From: Candidatus Krumholzibacteriia bacterium
GTDB lineage: Bacteria > Krumholzibacteriota > Krumholzibacteriia > WVZY01
Direction: 5' to 3'
Length of the DNA stretch: 20,117 nt
Assembly: GCA_036478295.1 (NCBI GenBank)
Contig: JAZGDW010000012.1
Coordinates: 1 to 20,117 of the forward strand
Positions within the stretch are counted from its first letter, which is position 1; each line of letters begins with the position of its first letter. A program made the translations under genes and the position numbers. Positions 7,889 to 17,133 of this stretch are shown piece after piece. The notes beneath the pieces were generated by a model. The model was not told where the DNA came from. It made no database searches and was given only the letters and a program-made list of their open reading frames with translations.

Positions 7889-8511
7889 GTCCGCTGCTCC
7901 TTTCGCTCGCGGAGCCAGTTGAAGAGCAGCAGCCATGCCCCCAGGACGAAGAACGCTCCACCGGGCAGGATCATGATGATCCACGGTTCGAACTCCGCGC
8001 CGAAAACGGGCAGCCCGGCGATGGTACCGTTGCCGAGCAGCTCCCGTACCAGGCCCAGGCACAAACAGGCGATGGTGAAGCCCACCCCTATCCCCAGGGC
8101 GTCGAGCATCGACTTGCCCACGCTGTTCTTCGAAGCGAACGCCTCCGCTCTCCCGAGGATCACGCAGTTGACGACGATGAGCGAAATAAACGCTCCCAGA
8201 GCCTTGTGTATATCGAGGCTGATTGCCTGGATGAGGTACTCGACGACGGTGACGAAGGTGGCGATGATGAGAATAAACGAGGCGATGCGCACCTGTTTGG
8301 GAATCCAGTGTCGCACGAGCGATACAATGGTGCTCGACATGAACAGCACGAAGGTCGTGGCGGCACCCATGGCCACGGCGTTAACGACCGAGTTGGTCAC
8401 CGCGAGCACCGGGCACATTCCCAGCAGCATGACGAAGACAGGATTGTCCCGCCACAGTCCTTTCAACAACACGTCCATGTTGGGCGCGGCGGGCGCGCCG
8501 GTTTGCGCCAT
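7885..8511 (-). CDS. rnfE: Rnf electron transport complex subunit E
   Basis: GLWRDNPVFVMLLGMCPVLAVT, LIVVNCVILGRAEAFASKN, RELLGNG and ILPGGAF. ATG 8511 overlaps the rnfG stop (TAATG). Confidence 0.95.
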   Translation of the reverse strand: MAQTGAPAAPNMDVLLKGLWRDNPVFVMLLGMCPVLAVTNSVVNAVAMGAATTFVLFMSSTIVSLVRHWIPKQVRIASFILIIATFVTVVEYLIQAISLDIHKALGAFISLIVVNCVILGRAEAFASKNSVGKSMLDALGIGVGFTIACLCLGLVRELLGNGTIAGLPVFGAEFEPWIIMILPGGAFFVLGAWLLLFNWLRERKEQRT

Positions 8512-9224
8512 TATTGCGTCCCCTCTTGCAGAATCTCCAGGTTGCCCTCGATGACGGGCACTGATTTCGCCGTGCTTTCCCGCAGTATGTTGGCGATGGC
8601 CCGGGAAGAAATTGTGGCACCCGTAATGGCCTCGACCTGCCACGGCTCGGTCTTCTTGCCGTGCTTGACCATTTCGATGGGGTGGAACACTCGAGTTTTC
8701 TCCTCATCGAGCGTCACGTCGAGCGTTTCGAAATTCGCCCGGAAGTCGGGATCGGTCTCGATCTTGTCGCCGAGCCCGGGGGTTTCCTTGCTTTCGAGCA
8801 CCTTGAGCCCGACGACACCGTGCTTGCGGGGGGAGTACCCGTAGAGCACCCTCAGCACGTCCTGAAAACCCTGCCCCTGTGCCTCCAGGGCGACGCCCAC
8901 CAGCCGCCGGTCCGCGTCGTAGCACGCGTAATACTTGATCGCCCGCTCGTCCTCGCCCTCGAGCAGTTGCAGACTCGTGCCGACCAGTTTGAACGCCGCT
9001 TTCGTCTGTGCACCGGGCACCACTTCGAAGATGGCGCGCTCCAGGGCGATCGCCTTGTTGCGTTTGATGGTCGGAAACGTCCACTGAAACGTGAGCACGA
9101 TGAGTATGCCGGACAGCAAACCGATTCCACCCATGGTGAGTATCATGCGCATGCTGTTCGCCCCGTCGGCCCCCGAAGCGGGCGGCGGCGTGGTCGGCGT
9201 TATGGGAGGTGTCGGGCCGTTCAT
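8511..9224 (-). CDS. rnfG: Rnf electron transport complex subunit G (FMN-binding)
   Basis: N-terminal TM, ETPGLGDKI and flavinylation motif AITGATISS. ATG 9224 overlaps the rnfD stop (ATGA). Confidence 0.92.
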   Translation of the reverse strand: MNGPTPPITPTTPPPASGADGANSMRMILTMGGIGLLSGILIVLTFQWTFPTIKRNKAIALERAIFEVVPGAQTKAAFKLVGTSLQLLEGEDERAIKYYACYDADRRLVGVALEAQGQGFQDVLRVLYGYSPRKHGVVGLKVLESKETPGLGDKIETDPDFRANFETLDVTLDEEKTRVFHPIEMVKHGKKTEPWQVEAITGATISSRAIANILRESTAKSVPVIEGNLEILQEGTQ

Positions 9225-10252
9225 GCGCCCGCCTTCCCTGTCCTGCCCGTGCCGTACACGCGCGGCTGGGTCAAGCGGTCGATGAGCGGTGTAAGCGCGT
9301 TCATCAGCAGGATCGCATACATCACTCCTTCGGGCATCCCCCCGAACTGGCGGATGACGATAACGAGCAGGCCGGTGCCGATGGCAAATACCCAGCATCC
9401 CTTCGGCGTGACCGGTGAGGTAACCGGGTCGGTGGCCATGAACACGGCGCCGAGCATCAGCCCACCGGCAAGCAGATGAAACTCACCGCTCGGGTATTTG
9501 GCGCCATCGATGGCGTGCAGTATGGTGGCGAAGACAAAGACCGAGCCGAAGATCCCAATCGGTATGCGCCAGTTCAGAAATCGCCGCCAGGCGAGATACG
9601 CCCCACCCAGCAGGATGAGCAGCGCGCTGGTTTCACCAAGAGATCCCGCGGTCGAGCCGAGGAACAGGTCCGACAAAGCGGTGGGCACAGCGTCGAACTT
9701 CATATTGGCCAGCGGTGTTGCCGAACTCACCGCGTCGAAATGCGGGCGCGTGAATGGCAGCGCCAGGTTGTCACCTCTCAGCTCGAAGAAACCGCCGAGG
9801 TTGGCGTGCTCGTGCCATGTGGTGAGCGCCACCGGAAAGGATGCCTGCAGAAAGGCACGGCCGGTGAGCGACGGGTTGAAAACGTTGTGTCCCAGGCCGC
9901 CAAAGAGGATTTTGCCGACGACGATTGCGACCACCGCGCCGAGAAACGCCATCCACAGCGGCAGGCCCGGCGGAAGCGTCAACGCCAGCAACACAGCGGT
10001 CACAATCGCGCTGCCGTCCGCAATGGAACTGGCCCTGGCCGGGCCTTTTCCCCCGAGCGCCCACTCCGCCAGCAAGGCCCCGGCGATGCAGACCAGCGTG
10101 ACCAGGAGCGCGCTCAGGCCGAAAAAATAAATCGACGCGAGTACAACCGGCACCAGGCTGTAAATAACCTGCCGCATGATGGCCGGCGTGTCGTACTGCC
10201 GCTTCACAAAAGGCGAAGCTGACAGGACAAGATGCGGCATCTTGGCCTTCAT
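9221..10252 (-). CDS. rnfD: Rnf electron transport complex subunit D
   Basis: DGSAIVTAVLLALTLP, FGGLGHNVFNP, DAVSSATPL (FMN-Thr), GSLGETS and FMATDPVTSP. ATG 10252 overlaps the rnfC stop (ATGA). Confidence 0.95.
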   Translation of the reverse strand: MKAKMPHLVLSASPFVKRQYDTPAIMRQVIYSLVPVVLASIYFFGLSALLVTLVCIAGALLAEWALGGKGPARASSIADGSAIVTAVLLALTLPPGLPLWMAFLGAVVAIVVGKILFGGLGHNVFNPSLTGRAFLQASFPVALTTWHEHANLGGFFELRGDNLALPFTRPHFDAVSSATPLANMKFDAVPTALSDLFLGSTAGSLGETSALLILLGGAYLAWRRFLNWRIPIGIFGSVFVFATILHAIDGAKYPSGEFHLLAGGLMLGAVFMATDPVTSPVTPKGCWVFAIGTGLLVIVIRQFGGMPEGVMYAILLMNALTPLIDRLTQPRVYGTGRTGKAGA

Positions 10253-11580
10253 TGCGCCATCGCTTTCTGGCGCGCCTGCTCCTCGCGCAGCATTCCCTTC
10301 GCCACCCGGAAACGCTGGACCAGCGGAATATTGGAAGGACAAACGTACGAACAGGATCCGCACTCCATACAGTCCATAAGATTGAACTCGAGCATTTCCT
10401 CGTAGTGACCGACCCGCGCCAGCATCCCCAGACGACTGGGATTGAGAAAAACCGGACACACGTCCAGGCAGCTCGAGCAACTGATGCATGCATACTCGCG
10501 GCGCGGCCGTACTTCAGCATCGGTGAGACAAAGAATGCCCGAGGTGCCTTTCATCACCGGCACCTCGAGATTCTGCTGGGGAGTCCCCATCATCGGACCG
10601 CCAAACAGAATCTGTCGCGCGTTTTCACGAAGCCCGCCGCAGTAGTCGAGTACTTCGGCCAGCTTCACTCCGACGGGAATCAAAAGCGTCGACGGATTGT
10701 GAATTCCAGGCCCGGTCACTGTCACCACGCGCTCGATCAATGGTTGACCCCACGCGAAAAGATCACCGATACCGGCGACGGTGCCGACGTTCTGGATGAG
10801 AACCTGGGCGTCGATCGGCAGCTTGCCGCTCGGTACCTCCCGCTTCAAGACCGCGGTGACCAGCATTTTCTCCGCGCCCTGGGGATACTTGGTCTCGAGC
10901 GGAATGATGTCACACGGCAGGTCGTCTGGCACCTGCTCGCGCAGTGATTTGATAGCGTCCCATTTGTTGGTCTCCACACCGATGAACGTTTTCTCGGCGC
11001 CGAGAATCCTGTGGATGATCCGGATACCGAGAAAAAGCGGCTCGGCGTATTCCAGCATGATGCGGTGGTCGCTGGTCAGGTAGGGTTCGCACTCGCAGCC
11101 GTTGACCAGAAAGAACTGGACCCGCTTGCCTTGCGGCACCGTGAGTTTGACGTGGGTGGGAAAAGCGGCTCCGCCCTGCCCCACGAATCCGCCCTGCTGG
11201 ACGGTCGCGAGCAGCTCCTCGACGGGCGCGTTTTCCCAATCGCGCCGGCCGCCGTCGTACAACGTTTGGGGGGAATGGGGATCACTGGCGATCACGATGG
11301 ACTCGACCAGACGCCCGGAGGGGTGGTGACGCTTCTCGATCGCTGTCACCTTGCCCGTGACCGACGCGTGCAGGGGGACGGAGACGAACCCGACCGCCTC
11401 CGCGACGAGCTGCCCGCGGTAGACTTTTTCGCCAACCGTCACAACCGGTTTGGACGGCGCTCCGAGATGCTGGCTCAAGGGCAGGATCACCTCATCGGGC
11501 ACCGGCAGCCGCTCGATGAGCCTGTCTGCCGTCAGCGATTTATGATCCTCCGGGTGTACTCCGTGGCGAAACGTCCTCAT
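10249..11580 (-). CDS. rnfC: Rnf electron transport complex subunit C (short form)
   Basis: GVHP, QHLGAP, GFVGQGGAAFPTHVK, NGCECEPYLTSD, KYPQGAEK, GGPMMG, CISCSSCLDVCP and CMECGSCSYVCPS. Confidence 0.95.
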   Translation of the reverse strand: MRTFRHGVHPEDHKSLTADRLIERLPVPDEVILPLSQHLGAPSKPVVTVGEKVYRGQLVAEAVGFVSVPLHASVTGKVTAIEKRHHPSGRLVESIVIASDPHSPQTLYDGGRRDWENAPVEELLATVQQGGFVGQGGAAFPTHVKLTVPQGKRVQFFLVNGCECEPYLTSDHRIMLEYAEPLFLGIRIIHRILGAEKTFIGVETNKWDAIKSLREQVPDDLPCDIIPLETKYPQGAEKMLVTAVLKREVPSGKLPIDAQVLIQNVGTVAGIGDLFAWGQPLIERVVTVTGPGIHNPSTLLIPVGVKLAEVLDYCGGLRENARQILFGGPMMGTPQQNLEVPVMKGTSGILCLTDAEVRPRREYACISCSSCLDVCPVFLNPSRLGMLARVGHYEEMLEFNLMDCMECGSCSYVCPSNIPLVQRFRVAKGMLREEQARQKAMAQ

Positions 11581-14500
11581 CGTCCTGTTGCTCCCCGTTG
11601 CGGTTCGATTTCTCCTGCATCACGAATTCACGCAGTGACTGTTTGAAAAACTCGGGATCGCGTCCGTAGCCGCAGAGCCATAGCAGCCGCTCGGTCAACT
11701 TGTCGTAGGTCGAGCGGTCCTGCTGCGGGGTCCGCTCCGGCTCCGGGCGCCCGGTGTCCGCCACCTCGCCCACTGCCACCTTGGTGGACGCCGCCTCGCC
11801 CGCCGGCACCTCGGTGGACGCCGCGGCCAGCCGCTGCAGGCGCCTCCAGGCGCTGCGCCTTTCCTCCACCGCTCGGACCAGCTCGGGGGAAACGACGGCC
11901 AGCCGATGACGCTGTTTATGATCGCTCACGTCGATATACGGTTGCAGACCTTCACGCGCGTCCGCCTCCAGGTCCAGGTACCGTGACAAGGTCACTGTAT
12001 TGTCGCTCAGGTACCCCTTCGAAATCACTTTGAAATGTTTATGAAACCGCATCTCGCCCACCGCCCAATCGGCCGCCGTCACCGGTACCGTGATAACGGA
12101 GACCGATCCCGACGTTTCGCTGACGGTCAAGTCGATCGAGCTCCAATCCCGATCCGGGTCCGGATTCTCGTGGAGCGTGATCCGTTGTTCATCGGGGTCG
12201 CGCTCGAAAAGCGGAAACACGCGGCTGCGGAACGCGAGGTCCGCTTGCTCTGCCGTCTTTTCAGGCGCGATACCGTGTGCCGGCGCATCCGGCGCATAGA
12301 TGTGAAACAGCGCCGGGCGGGGCCGGGCGACCCCGTCACACACGCCACGAATCAGGTGTCCCGGATGTCCGACGCTGGCCTGCAGGACGAATGCCTCCCC
12401 ACACCCCAGCGCCCGCTCGGCAAGATCGCTCTTGCCACCACCGACCGCACGGTTGCCATAACCTGCGGTTGCCGGGGACGCGGCGCCCGGCTCTTGCACG
12501 GCGCTTGTCTCCGGCACGGTCAGCCCCTCGGTGTTGACGACCACAACCTTGATCGGGTAGGGCCCCGACAGAAGATCCGAGATGTCGTCGAAGCCCGTGC
12601 TCTCCGATTGGCAGAGGACCAGTACCACCGGCATGAGCTGACGCTCTTCGTCGGCAAAATCCTTCCAGTCGAACTTTGCAAAAAGAGAATCGTGCTCGGC
12701 GGGCACGTAGGAGTCGCTGAGCTCGAGGTCCGCACGGCGGCACACGGCGATTTCTTTCGCGAGCCTGCGCGCGATACTCTCGAATACTCCCTCGGCGAGG
12801 GCGGGCGCGTCGCCGGGACGATGACTCACCCACGGGTGCGCGTGGGGATTACTCGGGTAGGTCCCACTCCACATCGATGCCACCGCGGCGTCGATCGTCA
12901 TGACCATTGACGCACGACCGTCGCCCACGGCTCCCTGCAGGTAGAGACGGCGCTGTTCCTGCAGGTCGGTCAGAAGATCACTAAGGCGTTTCATCTGCGC
13001 GGCATCGATGTCGGCGGCACCCTCCTCGGCACCGATCATGTCCGAAAGTGACTCGGCGGTGAGAGATTCCGCGCCGAGCCGCCGCAGTTGCCGGCCGAAC
13101 GCATCGAAATCATTTATCTTGACGGCGCCCGACACCTCGCCCTGGATTTTGTCTTCGATACCTTTGATCAACCGCGTGAGCCGATCGATGTGGTTCCGGA
13201 AACGGGGCCGCATCACCGATTCGACGGCGGCCGTTACCAGGTGCACGGCGGTTTTCACACTGTTACCGGGGTACGCTCCGTCCCCGCCAACGAGTGAATG
13301 GTAGGCGGCCTTGTCGAGCAACCTGTAGACCTCGGTGTCCGGTTCGTCCGGCGACACGTATTGCTCCGGCCGACCGGCCGGCAGGTCCGGGAGTTTCATC
13401 AAAAACTGCCAGTTGCGTTGGTAGGGTTCCAGCTCACCTGCCGTTCCAGCCGTCCACTCGAACGCATTTTCGGGGCACACTTCCACGCACAGGCGGCATC
13501 CCTTGCAGCTGAGCGGATTGATGGCTATGGAAAGCACCTCACCGCTGCCCTTTTCTCTCTTGTGCGGCCCGTTAAAAAAGGTCTCTGTCCGGATCACCGG
13601 AAAATGTTCGACGATGGACCGTACCTGTTGAAACTCTGCGCTCAACGGTGCGAGCTTGTCGGCGGGCAGATCCATACGCTTTACCAATTGTGAAAAGGCT
13701 TCGTCGAGCAGCGGTCCAAAGGACAAATACCGTTTCAAGTCATCCTTGCTCACCAGGCGATACGCCATTTTGGCGAGCTGGGCGCCCACACGTTGCATCT
13801 GGATCATTGCGGTACCGCCCTCTCCACAAACGGTGACCGCCGTGTCAATGACGGCGTCGATGCTGCGGACGGTCGCGGGCAGCGCCGAGTCCGGACAGTG
13901 CGCCCAACACAGTCCGCAACCCGTACAGTTCTCTGCCAGAAGGCGGGGAATACCCAGGCGGTACGCCGCCATATTCCGATAGGCACTACTGCGCGCGGGA
14001 ATAATACCGCTGGCCACGTACGGATCGGTCAGAGCCCGGTCCACCTGACCGGTGTCGTAGAGGTAACCTACCGAATGCCAGAACCGGGTGGCATCGAATA
14101 CGGTCCCATCGCCGGGATCGAGGTCACGAACCGTCCACGGGGCGTCCGGCTCCCCGCCGGTTCGGGCGTCGCCGGCAGGGCGGTCGAGCTCGACCACTTC
14201 TCTACCGCCACCGCGGATCGCGTTCGTAATGTCACCGACCAGAAAATGCCCAGCGCCAAAGACACGTTGCAGCCGGATCTCCAGATCCTCGACGATACGA
14301 ACGACCGCGTGCGGGGGCGCGCCCGGCAGTGTCGCGAGATAGGCGCCGAGCAGGGCCCAGACGGCGAGCTGGTCGACGAACGACGGCTGTGATGCGGCGT
14401 CTGACGCAATCTTGCGCGCGTCGACCGCGTAAACACGGAGGTCGTGGCCGCGGACCCAATCAATGTTTCGCGCCGACAGCCTGGACCAGAGCGTTTCCGG

Positions 14501-16270
14501 TCTCCGGTTGGTCTCCACGACCAGCGTGCCGCCTTTCTTGAGGGCGGCGTGTGAAGGCAGGGCGTCGAGCAGTTTGTCTCCGGACACGAGAACCGTATCC
14601 ACGACATCGGGGGCGTGCTTGAAAACGTCGTCGCCGTCGGTATGGCACAGGGAGAAGGATACCGGCTGCAGGTCCGGCGCCAGACCGCCGCTCGGGAAGG
14701 TCCTTACCCTCCACTCGAGTGCGGTGCTCAGCGACCGCGCGAACAGATTGCCCGCGAACAAACCACCCTGCCCCGAGAGCGAATAGAGTTTCACCGACCG
14801 CCCGGCGGGCAGCGGCGCCTCGACGCCCTCACAGGCAGCGAGTGACAAATCGTCCAGGTGCGGGTAATCCTTGCGGATTCTCTGCTGCTGCGTCTGCAGG
14901 TGTGGAAAATCCCTCGTCTCCGGGTCGAAACCGATACCCGCATAGAAGAGTTTCTTCGCCGTCCCGGCCGGCCGCATGTTCCTGAAAACCGCAACCAGTT
15001 CGGCGAACGACGGCGCGTCACCACCGGTCGCGCACACGCCGGAGAGAACGCGAGGATGTTCATCGAGGCGGCGGTAGGTTTCGTACGCCGGGTAGTCGGG
15101 AGGATCTCCGTTCCGACGGCCGTTCTCGACCGCCTTGTCGATTGCAGACCGCACTTCCCTCACCGCGGGGAGATCTTCCGCCAGCGGCTGGTCGGTACGC
15201 TCCAGCACCGTCACGACCTTCTTGCCTTTGAGCATTCGTGTCAGCTGCGGACCGGGGAACGGCCGGTAGACGCTCAACCCTATGACACCGGCTTTCAGCT
15301 TTTCCTCGGCACGCATGTAGTCCGCGACCACCTCCAGTTCTTCCACCAGCGCGCCCTGGGCGATGACAACAACCTCGGCGTCGTCAGTACGGTAGCCGGT
15401 CACCTTGTTGTAGACGCGGCCGGTCAACCGACCGAACTCGCTCATGGCCTCGTCGACCACAGCGTCCAGGTGTTCGGCAAAGAAAGGACGCTGTGCGGCA
15501 AGCGCTTTGAAATAGCTATCGTGATCCTGTACCCCACCGATACCGGCGGGGTGGTCGCGGTCGATGAGCAGCGGGATTCTCCGGCGCCGCTCGCCGAAGA
15601 GCATCACCTGCGCCGGCGTCGGTGCCGGGATAAGGTCATCGGGGTGACCCAGGTAAGCCTGCACAAGTTCGTATTCCGGCAGCCTGATGTTCTGCACCGA
15701 ATGGGCGGTTCGGTACATATCCTGCGCGCAGATTCCCGGGGTCAGCGACCGCTCTGCGATACGGTGCGCGATCAACGCAAAATCGGCGGCTTCCTGCGCG
15801 TTTCTTGCAAACAACTGGAAGAAACCGGCGGGCGCCGCCGCGTAATAATCATCGTGTCCGCCGTGAAGCGATCCCGCCTGCCGTGGCAGTGCCCGGCAGG
15901 TAAGATGAACGACACACGGCAGTCTCTTTCCCGCGACTGCATGCAGCGTCCCCGGATTCTCATCCAGGCTTCCGGTCAACATACAGGTACGGAGCCCGCC
16001 CAGTGCGTAGCCCACCATCACCCTCGCCAGCGGTTGCGTTCGCGGGATCTCACGGATCAGTGCCGGCTTTCGTGCGGCGACCTCATCGCTCCGTGGCGTG
16101 AGATTGCCGAGCGGCCCGGTGATTTCGCTCAGGTCCGGACCGGCCTGCAGGAGAATCACTTCCCCGGCAGTAATTTCCACGGCATAGACGGCGCCGAGGC
16201 CGTCGAGCGCTTGCTCCTCTCCGGGAAACGGATATGTTCTTGCCGCGGCTGTTTTCTTTGCAGTCCACAT
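11540..16270 (-). CDS. Fused pyruvate:ferredoxin oxidoreductase (PFOR/NifJ)-like protein with degenerate catalytic and TPP motifs
   Basis: PFOR-like segments appear in order: VHLTCRAL..HGGHDD, QEAADFALIAH, YRPFP..VTVLERTDQP, a gamma-like domain (YAVDARKIA), CTGCGLCWAHCP (13892-13927), CKGCRLCVEVCP (13472-13507) and a C-terminal beta-like domain (PALFHIYAP, SRVFPLF). Canonical YPITP, GACxGC, TGC and GDG..N motifs are not recognisable at the expected positions. Confidence 0.85.
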   Translation of the reverse strand: MWTAKKTAAARTYPFPGEEQALDGLGAVYAVEITAGEVILLQAGPDLSEITGPLGNLTPRSDEVAARKPALIREIPRTQPLARVMVGYALGGLRTCMLTGSLDENPGTLHAVAGKRLPCVVHLTCRALPRQAGSLHGGHDDYYAAAPAGFFQLFARNAQEAADFALIAHRIAERSLTPGICAQDMYRTAHSVQNIRLPEYELVQAYLGHPDDLIPAPTPAQVMLFGERRRRIPLLIDRDHPAGIGGVQDHDSYFKALAAQRPFFAEHLDAVVDEAMSEFGRLTGRVYNKVTGYRTDDAEVVVIAQGALVEELEVVADYMRAEEKLKAGVIGLSVYRPFPGPQLTRMLKGKKVVTVLERTDQPLAEDLPAVREVRSAIDKAVENGRRNGDPPDYPAYETYRRLDEHPRVLSGVCATGGDAPSFAELVAVFRNMRPAGTAKKLFYAGIGFDPETRDFPHLQTQQQRIRKDYPHLDDLSLAACEGVEAPLPAGRSVKLYSLSGQGGLFAGNLFARSLSTALEWRVRTFPSGGLAPDLQPVSFSLCHTDGDDVFKHAPDVVDTVLVSGDKLLDALPSHAALKKGGTLVVETNRRPETLWSRLSARNIDWVRGHDLRVYAVDARKIASDAASQPSFVDQLAVWALLGAYLATLPGAPPHAVVRIVEDLEIRLQRVFGAGHFLVGDITNAIRGGGREVVELDRPAGDARTGGEPDAPWTVRDLDPGDGTVFDATRFWHSVGYLYDTGQVDRALTDPYVASGIIPARSSAYRNMAAYRLGIPRLLAENCTGCGLCWAHCPDSALPATVRSIDAVIDTAVTVCGEGGTAMIQMQRVGAQLAKMAYRLVSKDDLKRYLSFGPLLDEAFSQLVKRMDLPADKLAPLSAEFQQVRSIVEHFPVIRTETFFNGPHKREKGSGEVLSIAINPLSCKGCRLCVEVCPENAFEWTAGTAGELEPYQRNWQFLMKLPDLPAGRPEQYVSPDEPDTEVYRLLDKAAYHSLVGGDGAYPGNSVKTAVHLVTAAVESVMRPRFRNHIDRLTRLIKGIEDKIQGEVSGAVKINDFDAFGRQLRRLGAESLTAESLSDMIGAEEGAADIDAAQMKRLSDLLTDLQEQRRLYLQGAVGDGRASMVMTIDAAVASMWSGTYPSNPHAHPWVSHRPGDAPALAEGVFESIARRLAKEIAVCRRADLELSDSYVPAEHDSLFAKFDWKDFADEERQLMPVVLVLCQSESTGFDDISDLLSGPYPIKVVVVNTEGLTVPETSAVQEPGAASPATAGYGNRAVGGGKSDLAERALGCGEAFVLQASVGHPGHLIRGVCDGVARPRPALFHIYAPDAPAHGIAPEKTAEQADLAFRSRVFPLFERDPDEQRITLHENPDPDRDWSSIDLTVSETSGSVSVITVPVTAADWAVGEMRFHKHFKVISKGYLSDNTVTLSRYLDLEADAREGLQPYIDVSDHKQRHRLAVVSPELVRAVEERRSAWRRLQRLAAASTEVPAGEAASTKVAVGEVADTGRPEPERTPQQDRSTYDKLTERLLWLCGYGRDPEFFKQSLREFVMQEKSNRNGEQQDDEDVSPRSTPGGS
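11753..11824. repeat. ~2.4 copies of a 30-bp tandem repeat in the C-terminal linker of the PFOR-like protein
   Basis: Units start GGTG(T/G)(C/A)CGCC at 11753, 11783 and 11813, encoding AASTEVPAGE-AASTKVAVGE-VADT. Confidence 0.7.
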
Positions 16271-16271
16271 G

Positions 16272-17123
16272 TCACCACTTGCCCGCGTTCAATGCCTGGT
16301 GCGGCGCTTCCGCATTCTCAAACTGACCTTTCTCAACCCAGGTGATAGCACCCGTGGGGCAACGCACGATGGCGTCCGGAGTCTGCAGATCGATCAGATC
16401 CCTGTTCAACACCGGCAGGTTTCGTTTCATCCTCAGTAGACCCGCGGGGGCATCGGCCACACACTTGCCGCACGCCGTACACCCAACCTTGCAGAGCTCG
16501 AGCATGTCATCCCCCTCCAGTTCCGACTTGCATTGCACCAACAGGGTTTGCCTGAGGGGAAGAATCTCGAACAGGCCCTTGGGACATATCCTGACGCAGT
16601 CCCCGCACGACGTGCATTTTTCTACGTCCACGATGGGCAGGCCCGTGGAGCTCATCACGATAGCGTCGAAGTCGCAGACGACCTCACAGTCGCCAAAGCC
16701 CATGCATCCGTAACGGCACCCCTTGTTGCCGCCGGTAACGGCGGCCGCCGAACGGCACGTCTCGTGTCCCTCGTATTCCCCCATCTGAATGGCGACGTCG
16801 GTTCCGCCGGCGCAGAGCAGGCGGGCCGTTGTTTCCTCCATCTCCCCCGCGTCGACACCCAGGTAGCCGGCGATGATCGCCGCACCGTCCACACCACCCA
16901 CCGGGCACCCGCTCGGCTGAACCTCGCCGGCGACGGCTTTCTCCGCGAACGCGCGACAGCCGGGGAGCCCGCAAGCACCGCAGTTCGATCCGGGCAACAT
17001 ATCGGCGACCTCATCGATCCGCGGGTCCTCGAACACCTTCAGCCGGCTATGGGCGATTGCCAGCACGACGGCCAGCGCGCTCGCCAGACCCAGCAGAAAG
17101 CCAATGGCGCTTAGCGTTTCCAT
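16272..17123 (-). CDS. rnfB: Rnf electron transport complex subunit B (polyferredoxin)
   Basis: N-terminal TM, VFEDPRI..LPGSNCGACGLPGC..CPVGG, CRYGCMGFGDCEVVC, CTSCGDCVRICP and CKVGCTACGKC..CPTGAI. Confidence 0.93.
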   Translation of the reverse strand: METLSAIGFLLGLASALAVVLAIAHSRLKVFEDPRIDEVADMLPGSNCGACGLPGCRAFAEKAVAGEVQPSGCPVGGVDGAAIIAGYLGVDAGEMEETTARLLCAGGTDVAIQMGEYEGHETCRSAAAVTGGNKGCRYGCMGFGDCEVVCDFDAIVMSSTGLPIVDVEKCTSCGDCVRICPKGLFEILPLRQTLLVQCKSELEGDDMLELCKVGCTACGKCVADAPAGLLRMKRNLPVLNRDLIDLQTPDAIVRCPTGAITWVEKGQFENAEAPHQALNAGKW

Positions 17124-17133
17124 CGATGATCCT

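Noticed and set aside
7053..7961. N-terminal 300-aa extension of the 655-aa ApbE ORF in the track
   Set aside because: It overlaps rnfA and the small Cys-rich gene in other frames. A coupled ATG with a Tat signal at 7052 explains the real protein.
11540..16270. Calling the 1576-aa gene a functional nifJ/por or a pseudogene
   Set aside because: Catalytic motifs are not recognisable, so the gene symbol is withheld. The frame is intact with tight junctions and preserved Fe-S motifs, so it is not called a pseudogene.
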